A DNA stretch of 64,000 nt from an uncultured Candidatus Rokubacteria bacterium. GTDB lineage: Bacteria; Methylomirabilota; Methylomirabilia; Rokubacteriales; CSP1-6. Below the pieces are notes generated by a model, which searched no databases, was not told the origin of the DNA, and was given only the letters and a program-made list of their open reading frames with translations. The stretch covers positions 352,001 through 416,000 of the forward strand of contig CAVXJS010000011.1 in NCBI GenBank assembly GCA_963762145.1, in the 5' to 3' direction. Positions 29,994-40,273 of the stretch are shown in pieces (position 1 is the first letter of the stretch; every line of letters begins with the position of its first letter). The translations under genes were made by a program, and so were the position numbers.

Positions 29994-30968
29994 CTACTGC
30001 TCCTGCTCCTGCTGCTGCTGGGCCGCGATCTCCTCGGCGGCCAGCTTGAGCCGGTCCCTCCGGCGCTCCGGGATCTCCTGGTAGACCGGGACGTCGATCT
30101 GCTCCATCTCCTCGTGCAGCGCCGAGATGTCCTTGGGGGTGGATTCCTGGGTGCGCACCTCGGTGCGCAGGGTCTCGTCCGCGTTGCCGCGGAAGATGCC
30201 CTTGTTGGGCGGCACGTCGTCGTAGTGCCGGCCGTGGCCCACCACCACGTAGTGGCCGTCGATCTCGCGGTTGTGGGTCGGATCGAACGGCACCCAGCCC
30301 GCGGTGGGAGAGTAGAACTCCACCCACGCGTGGCTCTGGGCCGTCTCCCCGTCGCGCGCCGGCATGTGCAGGTAGCCGCTCACGTAGCGGCACGGGATCT
30401 GGCGCAGCCGCAGGAGGCCGAGCATGAGGTGGGTGAAGTCCTGGCAGACGCCCGCCCCCGCGGCGAGGAAGTCGTCGCTGGTGGATTCGTAGCTGGTCAC
30501 GTTCTTCCGGTAAGTGAAGTGCTCGCCGATGTGCCGTCCGCACGCGCGCACCAGCTCGCCGAGCGGCGCGGTCGCCGGGACGGGCACCCCCTGCGCGAAC
30601 TTGCGCAGCGCCGCGCTCGCCCGCACCGGCCCGTCGAAGGCCAGGAAGTCGAGCAGAGGGTAGGGCGGCTCCGGATACGGACGCGGGTCGGTGACGCTGG
30701 CCAGCGCGGGCGCGGCCGGATGGGTGCTCACCGCGGAGCGAGCCACCACCTCGATGCGGTCGTGGAAGTGGACGATCGTGAAGTGGTGCACCACGTTGTG
30801 GTTCCAGTCCCGGTAGCGCGAGGTCTTGGTCGGCGGGCCCACCGCGAGCACGAAGGACTGGAGCGTCTGGTCCCCGGTGGTCTTGGGCTGCATGCGCAGC
30901 TCGAGGAATGACTCCCGGATGTAGGCGTCGTAGGCCAGCGACAGGGTGTGCTCGATCTCGACGAACAT
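29994..30968 (-). CDS. Transglutaminase-like protein with Gln-rich C-terminal tail
   Basis: GVCQDFTH, RYVSGYL, SHAWVE, FDPTH, GR.YDDVPP; ends QQQQEQEQ. Confidence 0.9.
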   Translation of the reverse strand: MFVEIEHTLSLAYDAYIRESFLELRMQPKTTGDQTLQSFVLAVGPPTKTSRYRDWNHNVVHHFTIVHFHDRIEVVARSAVSTHPAAPALASVTDPRPYPEPPYPLLDFLAFDGPVRASAALRKFAQGVPVPATAPLGELVRACGRHIGEHFTYRKNVTSYESTSDDFLAAGAGVCQDFTHLMLGLLRLRQIPCRYVSGYLHMPARDGETAQSHAWVEFYSPTAGWVPFDPTHNREIDGHYVVVGHGRHYDDVPPNKGIFRGNADETLRTEVRTQESTPKDISALHEEMEQIDVPVYQEIPERRRDRLKLAAEEIAAQQQQEQEQ

Positions 30969-30973
30969 GGCGC

Positions 30974-31933
30974 TCAGGAGCCGAAGTACACCGCGGACAG
31001 CGCGTCGTGGGCGCGGCCCAGCTCGGCGAGGACGTGATCGAGGAAGGACAGGCTCTGGCCCTCGCGGATGAGGTCGTGCCCCTGGTAGGAGAGCTCGGCG
31101 GCGAGCTTGCCCACGATCCGGACCGGCTGGCTGAGATCGCTCGCGCTCGAGATGCGGTCGAGGTGCTCCTTGACGGTGGCCACCCCGTAGCGCACCGAGC
31201 GCGGGGTCTGCGGATCGAAGAGGAGGAACTGGAGCACATCGATCGGCTCGAGGCGCGCGCCGAAGACCTTGCGGTAGTTCTCGAGCGAGGAGAGCCCGCG
31301 CAGGAGGCTGCGCCACTGGCTGTAGAAGAGCGGCAGGTCGATCTTGGGCTCGGCGGTCACCAGAGCGGGCAGCTTGGTGCGGAGGATCACGGTGGTGCGG
31401 AACACCCGCTCGAAGGACTCGCCGAGCTTGAGGAAGAGCCAGCCCGCGTCGCGCGTGAGGGTGTGCTCGATCGCGCCGACCGTGCTCAGGATCCCGCGAT
31501 GGGTCGACTGCATCGCGGTCCGGAAGGTCGCGGGATCCGAGAGGCGGCGGCGATTGTAGGCTTCGAGCTCCCGGTAGGTCTCGTTGAGATTGATGAAGCA
31601 CTCCAGCGTCAGGGCCTCGCGCACCGAGCGGGCGTTGTCGCGCGCCTTCTTGAGCGAGTGGAACACCGAGTAGCGGTTGTCGGGATCGATCGAGAGCCCC
31701 AGCAGGGTGGTGGCGGCGAGGCCGGCCAGGTGGCGGGCGGGCGGCTCGTTCTCCGAGAAGCCCGGGAAGATCGTGCGGAGGTCGTCCCACTCGCAGCGGG
31801 CCAGCTGCTCGTCGAGGCCGAGCACCTCGGTGGAGAGCTCCTCGGTCACCAGGAGCAGCCGCGTGGTGTTCTCGGCGCGCTCCAGATAGCGCCCCATCCA
31901 GTAGAGGCCGTCCGCGACGCGGGAGAGGATCAT
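30974..31933 (-). CDS. Alpha-E domain protein (DUF403)
   Basis: LSRVAD.LYWMGRYLERAENTTRLL, ARDNARSVRE, FLLFD..PRSV. Confidence 0.9.
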   Translation of the reverse strand: MILSRVADGLYWMGRYLERAENTTRLLLVTEELSTEVLGLDEQLARCEWDDLRTIFPGFSENEPPARHLAGLAATTLLGLSIDPDNRYSVFHSLKKARDNARSVREALTLECFINLNETYRELEAYNRRRLSDPATFRTAMQSTHRGILSTVGAIEHTLTRDAGWLFLKLGESFERVFRTTVILRTKLPALVTAEPKIDLPLFYSQWRSLLRGLSSLENYRKVFGARLEPIDVLQFLLFDPQTPRSVRYGVATVKEHLDRISSASDLSQPVRIVGKLAAELSYQGHDLIREGQSLSFLDHVLAELGRAHDALSAVYFGS

Positions 31934-33366
31934 GGCTCGCGCGGCGCGAGGACCCAGGTGTCCTTGCTGCCCCCGCCCTGGGAGGAGTTCACCACGTAGG
32001 AGCCCTCGCGCAGGGCGACCCGGGTGAGGCCGCCGGGCAGGACCCGGATGCGATCGCCGTAGAGGATGAACGGCCGCAGGTCCACCCGGCGCGGCGCGAA
32101 CTTGCCCTCGATGTGGGTGGGATGCGTGGAGAGCTGGACGAGCGGCTGGGCGATGTAGTTGCCCGGGTTCTTCTTCATCGCGGCCAGGTAGGTCTCGCGC
32201 TCCCTGGCGGCCGCGAACGGGCCCATGAGCATGCCGTAGCCGCCCGCGTCCCCGGTGGTCTTCACCACCAGCTCGTCGAGGTGCTCGCCGATGTACTTGA
32301 AGTCGTCCTTGCGGAACCCGAGGTAGGTCGGCACCTGGGGCAGGAGCGCGTCCTCGCCCAGGTAGTACTTGATGAGGTGCGGCATGAACGCGTAGACCGA
32401 CTTGTCGTCGGCGACCCCCGCGCCGGGCGCGTTGGCGAGCGCCACGTTGCCCTCGCGGTAGACGTTGAGCAGCCCGGGCACGCCCAGCATGCTGTCGCGC
32501 CGGAAGGCGAGGGGATCGAGGAAATCGTCGTCGATCCTCCGGTAGATCACGTCCACCTGGCGCTTGCCGTGCGTGCGCCGCATGAAGAGGTGGTTGCCCT
32601 CCACCAGCAGGTCGCGCCCCTCCACCAGCGGCACCCCCATCTCGCGCGCGAGGAACGAGTGCTCGAAGTAGGCCGAGTTGTGGATGCCCGGGCTCAGGAC
32701 CACCACCACCGGGTTCTGGCCGCGCCGCGGGGCCACGAACCGCAGCGTCTCGAGCAGCAGGGTCGGGTAGTCCTTGATCGGGCGCACCGGGTAGGAGCCG
32801 AGGAACTCGGGGAAGACGCGGCTCAGGAGGTTGCGGTTCTCCAGCACGTAGGAGACGCCGCTCGGCACGCGGCAGTTGTCCTCCAGGACGAGGTACTCCC
32901 CCTTGTCGTCGCGGATGATGTCGGTCCCGACCACGTGGGTGAAGATCTTCCGGGCCGGGACCACGCCCAAAAGCTGCCGCTTGTACTCCTTGCGCGACAG
33001 GATGAGCTCCGCGGGCACGATGCCGTCCTTGATGCACTTCTGGTCCTGGTAGATGTCGGCGAGAAAGAGGTTGAGCGTGGTGATGCGCTGGACGAGGCCG
33101 TCCTGGATGCTCTTCCACTCGGCGGCGGGGATGATGCGGGGGACGAAGTCGAAGGGGAAGATGCGCTCGAGCCCCTCCTTCTCCCCGTAGACCGTGAAGG
33201 TGATGCCCTGGCTTCGCAGGGTGAGCTGCTGCAGCCGCTCGCGGCGCTCCACGTCCTCCTTGGTGAAGGTCTCGAGGATGGAGATCAGGGCCTCGTAGTG
33301 GGCGCGGGGCTGGCCGTGGTGATCGAAGACCTCGTCGAAGCCGCTCCGGGGCGCGACCCACTTCAT
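31930..33366 (-). CDS. Circularly permuted type 2 ATP-grasp protein
   Basis: GITFTVY, VLEDN.RVPSGVSY, NSAYFEH, YRRIDDDFLDP, DLRPF, VVNSSQGGGSKDTWV. Confidence 0.92.
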   Translation of the reverse strand: MKWVAPRSGFDEVFDHHGQPRAHYEALISILETFTKEDVERRERLQQLTLRSQGITFTVYGEKEGLERIFPFDFVPRIIPAAEWKSIQDGLVQRITTLNLFLADIYQDQKCIKDGIVPAELILSRKEYKRQLLGVVPARKIFTHVVGTDIIRDDKGEYLVLEDNCRVPSGVSYVLENRNLLSRVFPEFLGSYPVRPIKDYPTLLLETLRFVAPRRGQNPVVVVLSPGIHNSAYFEHSFLAREMGVPLVEGRDLLVEGNHLFMRRTHGKRQVDVIYRRIDDDFLDPLAFRRDSMLGVPGLLNVYREGNVALANAPGAGVADDKSVYAFMPHLIKYYLGEDALLPQVPTYLGFRKDDFKYIGEHLDELVVKTTGDAGGYGMLMGPFAAARERETYLAAMKKNPGNYIAQPLVQLSTHPTHIEGKFAPRRVDLRPFILYGDRIRVLPGGLTRVALREGSYVVNSSQGGGSKDTWVLAPREP

Positions 33367-33458
33367 GGACGCGTCGCCTCCTCTGAGCCCAGAGCCTCTC
33401 CCGCGCGCCGGCCGGGTGTCAAGGCGGCGCGGGCCCGCGTGGTAGACTGGCCGCCGTC

Positions 33459-34010
33459 ATGTCGGCCGACGCGGCCCATCCGCCGCACACCCACCTCACG
33501 CCGGAGACGATCCGCTTCTGCCCGCTCTGCGGCGCGGGCCTCGTTCGCCAGCCGGTCGGGCCCGACAAGCGGCCCGAGATGGTCTGCCCCGGCTGCAACT
33601 TCATCTACTACGTGAACCAGAAGGTCGTCGCGGGCACCATTCCCTGGCAGGACGGCCGCCTCCTGCTCACCCGCCGGGCGATCACGCCCGCCCTCGGCAA
33701 GTGGACGTTCCCGGGCGGCTACGTGGACTGGGGCGAGACGGTGGACGCGGGCGCGCTCCGCGAGACGTGGGAGGAGACCGGGCTCACCGTCGAGCTGGGC
33801 GAGCTGGTCGGGGTGTATTCCTACGCGGGAGCCCCGGTGGTGATCGTGGTGTACGAGGCGGTCGTGACCGGGGGCACCCTGACGCTCTGCCACGAGAACG
33901 ATCGCCTCGAGTGGGTGACACCCGCGGAGGTGCCGTGGGACGAGCTGGCCTTCCCGTCCACGGTGGCGGCGGTGCGGGACTTCCTGGCGCGCCGGACCGC
34001 CCGCGGCTGA
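33459..34010 (+). CDS. NUDIX hydrolase with N-terminal zinc ribbon
   Basis: FCPLCG..CPGC; Nudix box GGYVDWGETVDAGALRETWEETG. Confidence 0.9.
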   Translation: MSADAAHPPHTHLTPETIRFCPLCGAGLVRQPVGPDKRPEMVCPGCNFIYYVNQKVVAGTIPWQDGRLLLTRRAITPALGKWTFPGGYVDWGETVDAGALRETWEETGLTVELGELVGVYSYAGAPVVIVVYEAVVTGGTLTLCHENDRLEWVTPAEVPWDELAFPSTVAAVRDFLARRTARG

Positions 34011-34165
34011 CCGGATCCGGCTCAAGACAACGCGCTACCCACGTGACCTCGGTGTCACGGTCGCTCGTCCGCGGACCGCCAGCTCGCCCTTCTGATTCTC
34101 GGGCTGATTCTCGGGTCTCACGCGTAGCGCCATTGGATTGCGCTCGCCTCGCCGCTCGACGCGGC

Positions 34166-34564
34166 TCAGCTCGCCCTGCCCTTGGCGGCGGCGCGCTCGA
34201 GGAAGCGGGCGAGGTCGGCCACCATGAACCGCTCGTGCCGTCCCTCCGCGATCTTCTCCACCTCGTCCCACGCCTCGACCTCGAAGAGGAAGCGCCGGCC
34301 GTCGGTCTCCCGCAGCACCGCCTTGGCGCGCACGCGCATGCCCGGCGGCGTGGCGGCCAGGTGACGCACGTCCACCCCGGTGCCCACGGTGGCCGCGCCG
34401 GGCGCCAGGTGCGGGACCATCACCGCGTGAGCCGCGTGCTCGAGCAGGTTGATCACGAACGGGGTGGCGAAGACGGTGACGCCGGGATTCCCGAGGGCGT
34501 CGGCGGTGAGCTGGCGCGTGACGACGCGCTCGACGGTGGCGGCCTGCCCGGGCTCGAGCGGCAT
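34166..34564 (-). CDS. FlK-type (fluoroacetyl-CoA) hot-dog thioesterase
   Basis: VFATP...E, TVG..V.VRHLAATP.G, G.HER. Confidence 0.85.
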   Translation of the reverse strand: MPLEPGQAATVERVVTRQLTADALGNPGVTVFATPFVINLLEHAAHAVMVPHLAPGAATVGTGVDVRHLAATPPGMRVRAKAVLRETDGRRFLFEVEAWDEVEKIAEGRHERFMVADLARFLERAAAKGRAS

Positions 34565-34626
34565 GGGTGTTCTTCTACCCCGATTGCCGCGCCAGGTCAA
34601 CGGGCCGGGGCACGTATACTTGCCCG

Positions 34627-35805
34627 GTGCCCGTCCTCCTGGCCGCCCTCGGCGCGCTGCTCGTCTCGCTCGACTCCGCGATCAACATCGCGCTTCCCGC
34701 GATGGCCACCGCCTTCGGGGTCGGCCCGGCGGAGATCCGCTGGGTCATCATCTGCTACGTCCTCACCTACGCCTTCACCGCGTTCGCGGCGGGCCTCCTC
34801 GCGGATCGTCTCGGCCCCGGGCCGGTCTTCACGGCCGGGCTCTGGCTCTGCGCGGCCACCTTCATCGGCTACGGATTCTCCTCCTCCTACGGCGTGACGC
34901 TGCTCCTGCGCGTGGCGCAGGGTGTGGGCAGCGGGATGGTCTACGGGACCGCGCCCGCGCTGGTGACGCTGTCGCTCCCGCCCGCGCGGCACGGCCGCGG
35001 GCTCGGCACGATGAGCCTGGGCATCGGGGTCGGCCTCGGTGTGGGCCCGGTGGTCGGCGGTTTGCTCGTGGACGCCTTCGGCTGGCCCGCATCCTTCGTG
35101 TTCCGCGCGCCGCTGTTCCTGCTCCTGGCGGTGCTCGCCCTCACCTCCTTCGGCCGGGTCGCCGGCACCGCGCCCACGCCGCGCCGGCTCGCGATGGCCG
35201 ATCTGCTGCGCCTGCCCGTGCTCCGCGCCGGCACGCTCGCGTTCCTCTCGCAGTACGCGCAGTTCGCGGTCTGGCTGCTCATGCCCTTCTTCCTGGTGAC
35301 CGCGCGCGGCCTCTCGCCCAGCGTGGGCGGGGTCGTCTTCGTGCTCACGCCGCTCGCCACCGCGCTCGCGGCGCCGCTCGGCGGGGCGCTCACCGATCGC
35401 ATCGGTCCGCGGTGGCCGCTGCGCATCGGGCTGGCGGTCGAGGCGGCGGGGCTGCTCGCGATCGGCACGGTCGGTGAGGCGACGCCGATCGCGCTCGTGG
35501 GCGCCGCGATGGCCATGGTGGGCCTCGGGGCCGGCCTCTTCCAGGTGCCCAACCTGGCCCTCATGATGGCGGCGTTCCCGCCCGCGCAGCAGGGCGCAGC
35601 GGGCGGGCTCGCATTCCTCGGGCGCACGCTGGGCAGCGCGGTGGGCGTGCAGATGACCGCGCTGCTCTTCGACGCGCGACTGCCGCGCGACGGCTTCCTC
35701 GCCGCCTTCCACGCCGCCTTCGTGGCCGCCGGTCTCGTCTGCCTGCTCGCGGCGGCTCTGGCGCTGCTCCCGACGCGGTCGTCCGCCCCCCGCGGCGGCC
35801 GGTGA
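34627..35805 (+). CDS. MFS transporter (DHA2-like, shortened)
   Basis: LDSAINIALP, GLLADRLG, RVAQGVG, GPVVGGLL. Confidence 0.85.
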   Translation: MPVLLAALGALLVSLDSAINIALPAMATAFGVGPAEIRWVIICYVLTYAFTAFAAGLLADRLGPGPVFTAGLWLCAATFIGYGFSSSYGVTLLLRVAQGVGSGMVYGTAPALVTLSLPPARHGRGLGTMSLGIGVGLGVGPVVGGLLVDAFGWPASFVFRAPLFLLLAVLALTSFGRVAGTAPTPRRLAMADLLRLPVLRAGTLAFLSQYAQFAVWLLMPFFLVTARGLSPSVGGVVFVLTPLATALAAPLGGALTDRIGPRWPLRIGLAVEAAGLLAIGTVGEATPIALVGAAMAMVGLGAGLFQVPNLALMMAAFPPAQQGAAGGLAFLGRTLGSAVGVQMTALLFDARLPRDGFLAAFHAAFVAAGLVCLLAAALALLPTRSSAPRGGR

Positions 35806-37015
35806 GCGAGCCCGGCTCGCCGTACCGCTGGGCGATCCTCGCGGTCTGCGTCGCGGGTTTCATGCAGACCCACGTGCACCGCGTGGGCTTCGCTCCGCTC
35901 ATCCCGACCTTCATCGCGGACATGGGCCTCACCTACGCGGCGGCCGGGACGATCATGGCCGCGTACTTCTGGAGCTACGCGGTGATGCAGATCCCGGTGG
36001 GCGTGCTCACCGATCGGCTCGGAGCGCGCCGGGTGATGCTCGGCTGCATGGGGGTGCTGGCGGTGGGCGCGGTGGCCTTCTCGCTGAGCCAGACCTACGC
36101 GCAGAGCCTCATTGCGCGCTGCCTGCTCGGCACGGGCGCGGCGGCCACGTGGCTGCCGGGTCTGCGGCTGATCCAGGAGTGGTTCGCGCCGCGCGAGCGC
36201 GGGCTCGCCACCGGGCTCTTCTCGGCGGGCGGCGGCGTGGGCGGCACCGCCGCGCTGCTGCTCCTGCCGGTCATGGCGGAGCATCTCGGCTGGCGGGTGG
36301 GCTACGCGCTGCTCGCGGTGCCGGTGCTGGCCACGATGGTCGCGGTCTGGCTCCTGGTGCGGGCCGAGCCTCGCGCGCGCGACGGGGGGCGGTGGCGGGC
36401 CTGCCCACCCAGTTCCTCGCCGGCATGCGGGAGGTGCTCGCGACGCCCGCGCTCTGGCCCTTCAACCTCTATGTGCTCTTCTCCTACGGCGGTTACTTCG
36501 CGCTCCTCACCTGGCTGCCCACCTTCCTCGTGAAGTCGGAAGGGCTGACGCAGGCGGGCGCGGGCTTCGTGACCGCGCTCATCACCGGCGGCACCATCGT
36601 GTCGTGGCCGCTGGCCGGGTACCTCTCGGATCGCTTCGGGCGCCGCAAGCCGATCTTCCTGGTGAGCCAGGCCACGAGCGTGCTGGTGTGCCTGGCCTTC
36701 GCCTATCTGGTGCCGGGCGCCGGGCTCGCGGGCACCGCGGCGGTCGCCGCGCTCACCGGGCTCCTGCTCGGAGGGTTGATCACTCCGTTCGTGATGGTGA
36801 CCGAGCTGGTGCCCCCGCGGCTGATGGGGACCGCGTCCGGCGTGGTCAACGCGTTCTGCTTCGTGGGCGGGTTGCTGGTGCCGGTGGCGCTCGGCTACGC
36901 CCTCGACGTGACCGGGAGCTTTCCCGCCGCCTTCACGGCCTGCGCGGTCTTCGAGCTGGTCGCCCTCGGCATCGCGGTGTTTGCGCGGGAAACCGGACGC
37001 CGGGCCGCGGTATGA
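35802..37015 (+). CDS. MFS transporter, frameshifted near 36400
   Basis: QIPVGVLTDRLGARR, WF.PRERG.A.G, GYLSDRFGRRK. Confidence 0.85.
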
Positions 37016-37023
37016 TGGCGGCC

Positions 37024-38616
37024 ATGGAGATCCTCGACCCGGTCGGCTCGACGTCCGCGGCATCCCGGACGCTGGCTCCACGGCCCGCGACGCTGGCGGG
37101 CGCGGTCATCGGCGTGCTCGACAACTCGAAGCCCAATGCCCGCGTCCTGCTGGAAGGCGTGGCCCGCGCGCTCGCGCAGCAGGTCGGGGCCCGTGATGTG
37201 CGGATCTGGGGCAAGCCCGGCGCCTCCATCGGCGCCACGCCCGCCGTCCTGGACGAGATCGCCGCGCAGTGCGGCGCCGTCCTCACCGCCTCCGCCGACT
37301 GAGGGTCGTGCACGTCGTGGAGTATCCACGACGCCACGCAGCTCGAAGGGCGGGGGATCGCCACCGTCGTCCTGGGCACGCATGAGTTCCGCCCCCTCGC
37401 GCTCGCCGAGGCGAAGGCCAAGGGGCTCCCCGACCTGGGAATCGTCACGGTGCCGCATCCCATCGGCGGCATCGCCGAGAAGCTCGTCACCGGCAAGGCC
37501 CTGAACGCGGTGGACGCGGTGCTGGCCGCGCTCACGCGCGGCCCCGCGGGCGGGGTCGGCGCGGGCGCGGTCGAGGGCACGGTCGCGCGGCACCGGATCC
37601 CCGACGACCTGCTCGAGTTCCAGGGCTTCATGATGGAGCGGGGCTGGGGGGACGGCCTGCCCATGATCCCGGCCACGCCCGAGCGCGTCGCGGCCATGCT
37701 CGCGGGCACCGGCCGGCCCGCGGGCGATCTGGTGGCGATCCTGCCGCCGCGGCTCGGCCGGGCGACGGTGGAGCGCGTCGCGGTCAACGCGGTGCTGGCC
37801 GGCGCGCTGCCCGAGCATTTCCCGGTCATCCTCGCCGCGGTCGAGGCGGTGGCGCAGCCCGCGTTCAACCTCCAGGCGATCCAGACCACCACCCATCCCT
37901 GCTCGCCGCTGATCATCGTCAACGGGCCGATCGCGGCCCGGCTCGGCATCAACGGCGCGGGCAACGCGCTCGGGCAGGGCCATCGCGCCAACGCGGTGAT
38001 CGGGCGGGCGCTGCGGCTCGTGCTGCAGAACACGGGCGGGGCGCGGCCGGGGAGCGAGGACCGGGCCACCCAGGGCCATCCCGGCAAGTACAGCTACTGC
38101 GTCGCCGAGAACGAGGCCGCCTCGCCGTGGGAGCCGCTCTCGGTCGAGCGCGGATTTCCCGCGACGGTGAGCACGGTGACGGTGTGCGCCTCCGAGAGCC
38201 CGCACAACATCAACGACCACGGCTCGTCCACCCCGGAGGGCATTCTCACCACGGTGGCGGGCACCGCCGCGACGGTGGGCTCCAACAATATCTACCTGGG
38301 CGGCGAGCCGCTGGTGATCCTGGGGCCGGAGCACGCGGCCACCGTGGCGGGCGGAGGCTGGAGCAAGGCGGACTTCAAGCGCGCGCTCTGGGAGCGGGCG
38401 CAGGTCCCGCTCTCGCGCTTCGATCCGGCCAACCTGGCCCGCTTCGAGGTGATCCACCCGGCCGGGTTCAAGGACCAACCGCCGGAGACGCTGGCCCCGC
38501 TCGCGCGGGCGTGGACCGACCTCATGATCGTGGTGGCGGGCGGGGCCGGGAAGCACTCCGTGCTGATCCCCACCTTCGGAGCCACGCGCTCCGTCACGCT
38601 GCGGATCGAGGCCTGA
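37024..38616 (+). CDS. Fusion of UGSC selenoprotein domain and partner domain, copy B (about 530 aa with Sec)
   Basis: MEILDP..LDNSKPN..TASAD-TGA(37300-37302)-GSCTSWSIHDA..PHP continues in frame into ORF 37450..38616 (GWGDGLPMIPAT, GHPGK, AENE). Confidence 0.9.
37313..37333 (+). promoter_or_regulatory. Candidate SECIS hairpin, copy B
   Basis: CGTCGTGGA-GTA-TCCACGACG, perfect 9-bp stem 10 nt after the UGA. Confidence 0.8.
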
Positions 38617-38619
38617 GGG

Positions 38620-40248
38620 CTAGCGCGCGGGCGCGTAGAGGCGGGCGAAGTACTCCTGCACCATGCGGTCCGAGCTGAAGCGCTCGGTCGCCATCCGGAT
38701 CGAGGCGCGCATCATCGTGGTCCAGCGCGCGGGATCCGCGAACGCGGGCAGGACCTCTCCCTCGAGCGTCTCGTAGAGCGCGCGCAGGTCGCGCGCGTCC
38801 GGGTCGGGCGGGGTCGACTCGTCGCCGATCGCCCAGCCGGTGACGCCGTGCTCGCAGCCTTCCGGCCACCAGCCGTCCAGCACCGAGAGGTTCAGCGTGC
38901 CGTTCATCGCCGCCTTCATCCCGGAGGTGCCGCTCGCCTCCATCGGACGGCGGGGCGTGTTCAGCCACACGTCGGCGCCGCGGGTGAGCACGCGGCCCAG
39001 GGCCATGTCGTAGTCCTCGAGGAACGCCATGCTCTCGGGCCACTGCCGCAGCGCCGCCACCAGCCGCGCGATCACCGCCTTGCCCTCGTGATCCGCGGGG
39101 TGCGCCTTGCCCGCGAAGAGCACCTGGACGCGATGGCGCTTGACCAGCGCCGCGAAGCGCTCCGGGTCGCGCAGGAGCAGGTCGGGCCGCTTGTAGGTGG
39201 CCGCGCGGCGCGCGAAGCCGATGGTCGGCGCGGCCGGGTCGAGCCGCACGCCGGTGCGCCTGCGGACCTCCGCGAGCATCTCGGTCTTGAGGGCGCGCTT
39301 GGCCGCCAGCAGCCGCTCGTCGCTGCCCAGCCCGGCGGGGATGCGGGCGTCCTGCCAGGTTCCGGGGTGGACCCCGTTGGTGATCGCGATGATGGGCGCC
39401 GCCTCCTTCACGTGCGCCCACATGGCGCGCGCGGTCTCCCCGTGCAGCTGCGCCACCGCGTTGGCCAGGTGGGCCAGGCGCAGGCCGGCCACCGTCATGT
39501 TGAACGGGTCGCCGCCGATCTCGGCCAGCTCGCTCGGCACCAGCTCGCAGCCGGCTCCGAGGCGCCGCAGGTCCGCGAGCGAGTGCACCTCGTTGCCCGC
39601 GGGGACCGGGGTGTGGGTGGTGAAGACGATGCGCTCCCGCGCGGCCAGCCACGCGTCCCGGAAGGTCTGCCCGGCTTCCATGCGGTCGGCGATCATCTCG
39701 ATGCCCGCGAAGACGGCGTGGCCCTCGTTGAAGTGGTAGCGCTCGACCGGCAGGTGGAGCGCGCGCAGCGCCCGCACCCCGCCGATCCCGAGCAGCATCT
39801 CCTGCGCCACGCGACAGTCTGGCCGCGGGTCGTAGAGTCGCCGGGTGATCCACAGGTCGCGCGGATCGGTGGGCTCGAGCAGGTAGAGAGGCGCGATCGC
39901 GTAGCGGCCCACGCGCCAGACGCGGCACTCGACCTCGCGCGCCGCAACGCGCACGCGCACCCGCGCGCCGGTGTCGGTGAGGACGTCGGGCTTCTGATCG
40001 GTCCACTCGTCGTGGGGATAGCCGTCGGCGCCGATGTGCTGGGAGGTGTAGCCCTGGCTCCAGCGGAGTCCGATGCCGACGACGGGCAGGCCGAGGTCGC
40101 CCGCCGACTTCATGAAGTCGCCCGCGAGCACGCCGAGGCCGCCCGCGTAGGAGTGGAAGGCCTCGTGCAGGCCGTACTCCATCGAGAAGTAGGCGACCAG
40201 CGGAGGGCGGGCCGGGGCGTTCAACGAGGCGGTCACGTCTTCGAGCAT
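38620..40248 (-). CDS. glgP: Alpha-glucan phosphorylase (compact form)
   Basis: YFSMEYG, YAGGLG.LAGD, NEGH, ARR..YKR, AGKAHP, EASGTSGMKAAMNG. Confidence 0.9.
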   Translation of the reverse strand: MLEDVTASLNAPARPPLVAYFSMEYGLHEAFHSYAGGLGVLAGDFMKSAGDLGLPVVGIGLRWSQGYTSQHIGADGYPHDEWTDQKPDVLTDTGARVRVRVAAREVECRVWRVGRYAIAPLYLLEPTDPRDLWITRRLYDPRPDCRVAQEMLLGIGGVRALRALHLPVERYHFNEGHAVFAGIEMIADRMEAGQTFRDAWLAARERIVFTTHTPVPAGNEVHSLADLRRLGAGCELVPSELAEIGGDPFNMTVAGLRLAHLANAVAQLHGETARAMWAHVKEAAPIIAITNGVHPGTWQDARIPAGLGSDERLLAAKRALKTEMLAEVRRRTGVRLDPAAPTIGFARRAATYKRPDLLLRDPERFAALVKRHRVQVLFAGKAHPADHEGKAVIARLVAALRQWPESMAFLEDYDMALGRVLTRGADVWLNTPRRPMEASGTSGMKAAMNGTLNLSVLDGWWPEGCEHGVTGWAIGDESTPPDPDARDLRALYETLEGEVLPAFADPARWTTMMRASIRMATERFSSDRMVQEYFARLYAPAR

Positions 40249-40273
40249 ACAACGGGGCGGGCCGGAGGCGGGC

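Noticed and set aside
34010-34165. Structured ncRNA between convergent genes (two copies of CTGATTCTCGGG, short inverted repeats)
   Set aside because: Pairing is short and I recognise no RNA family; insufficient support.
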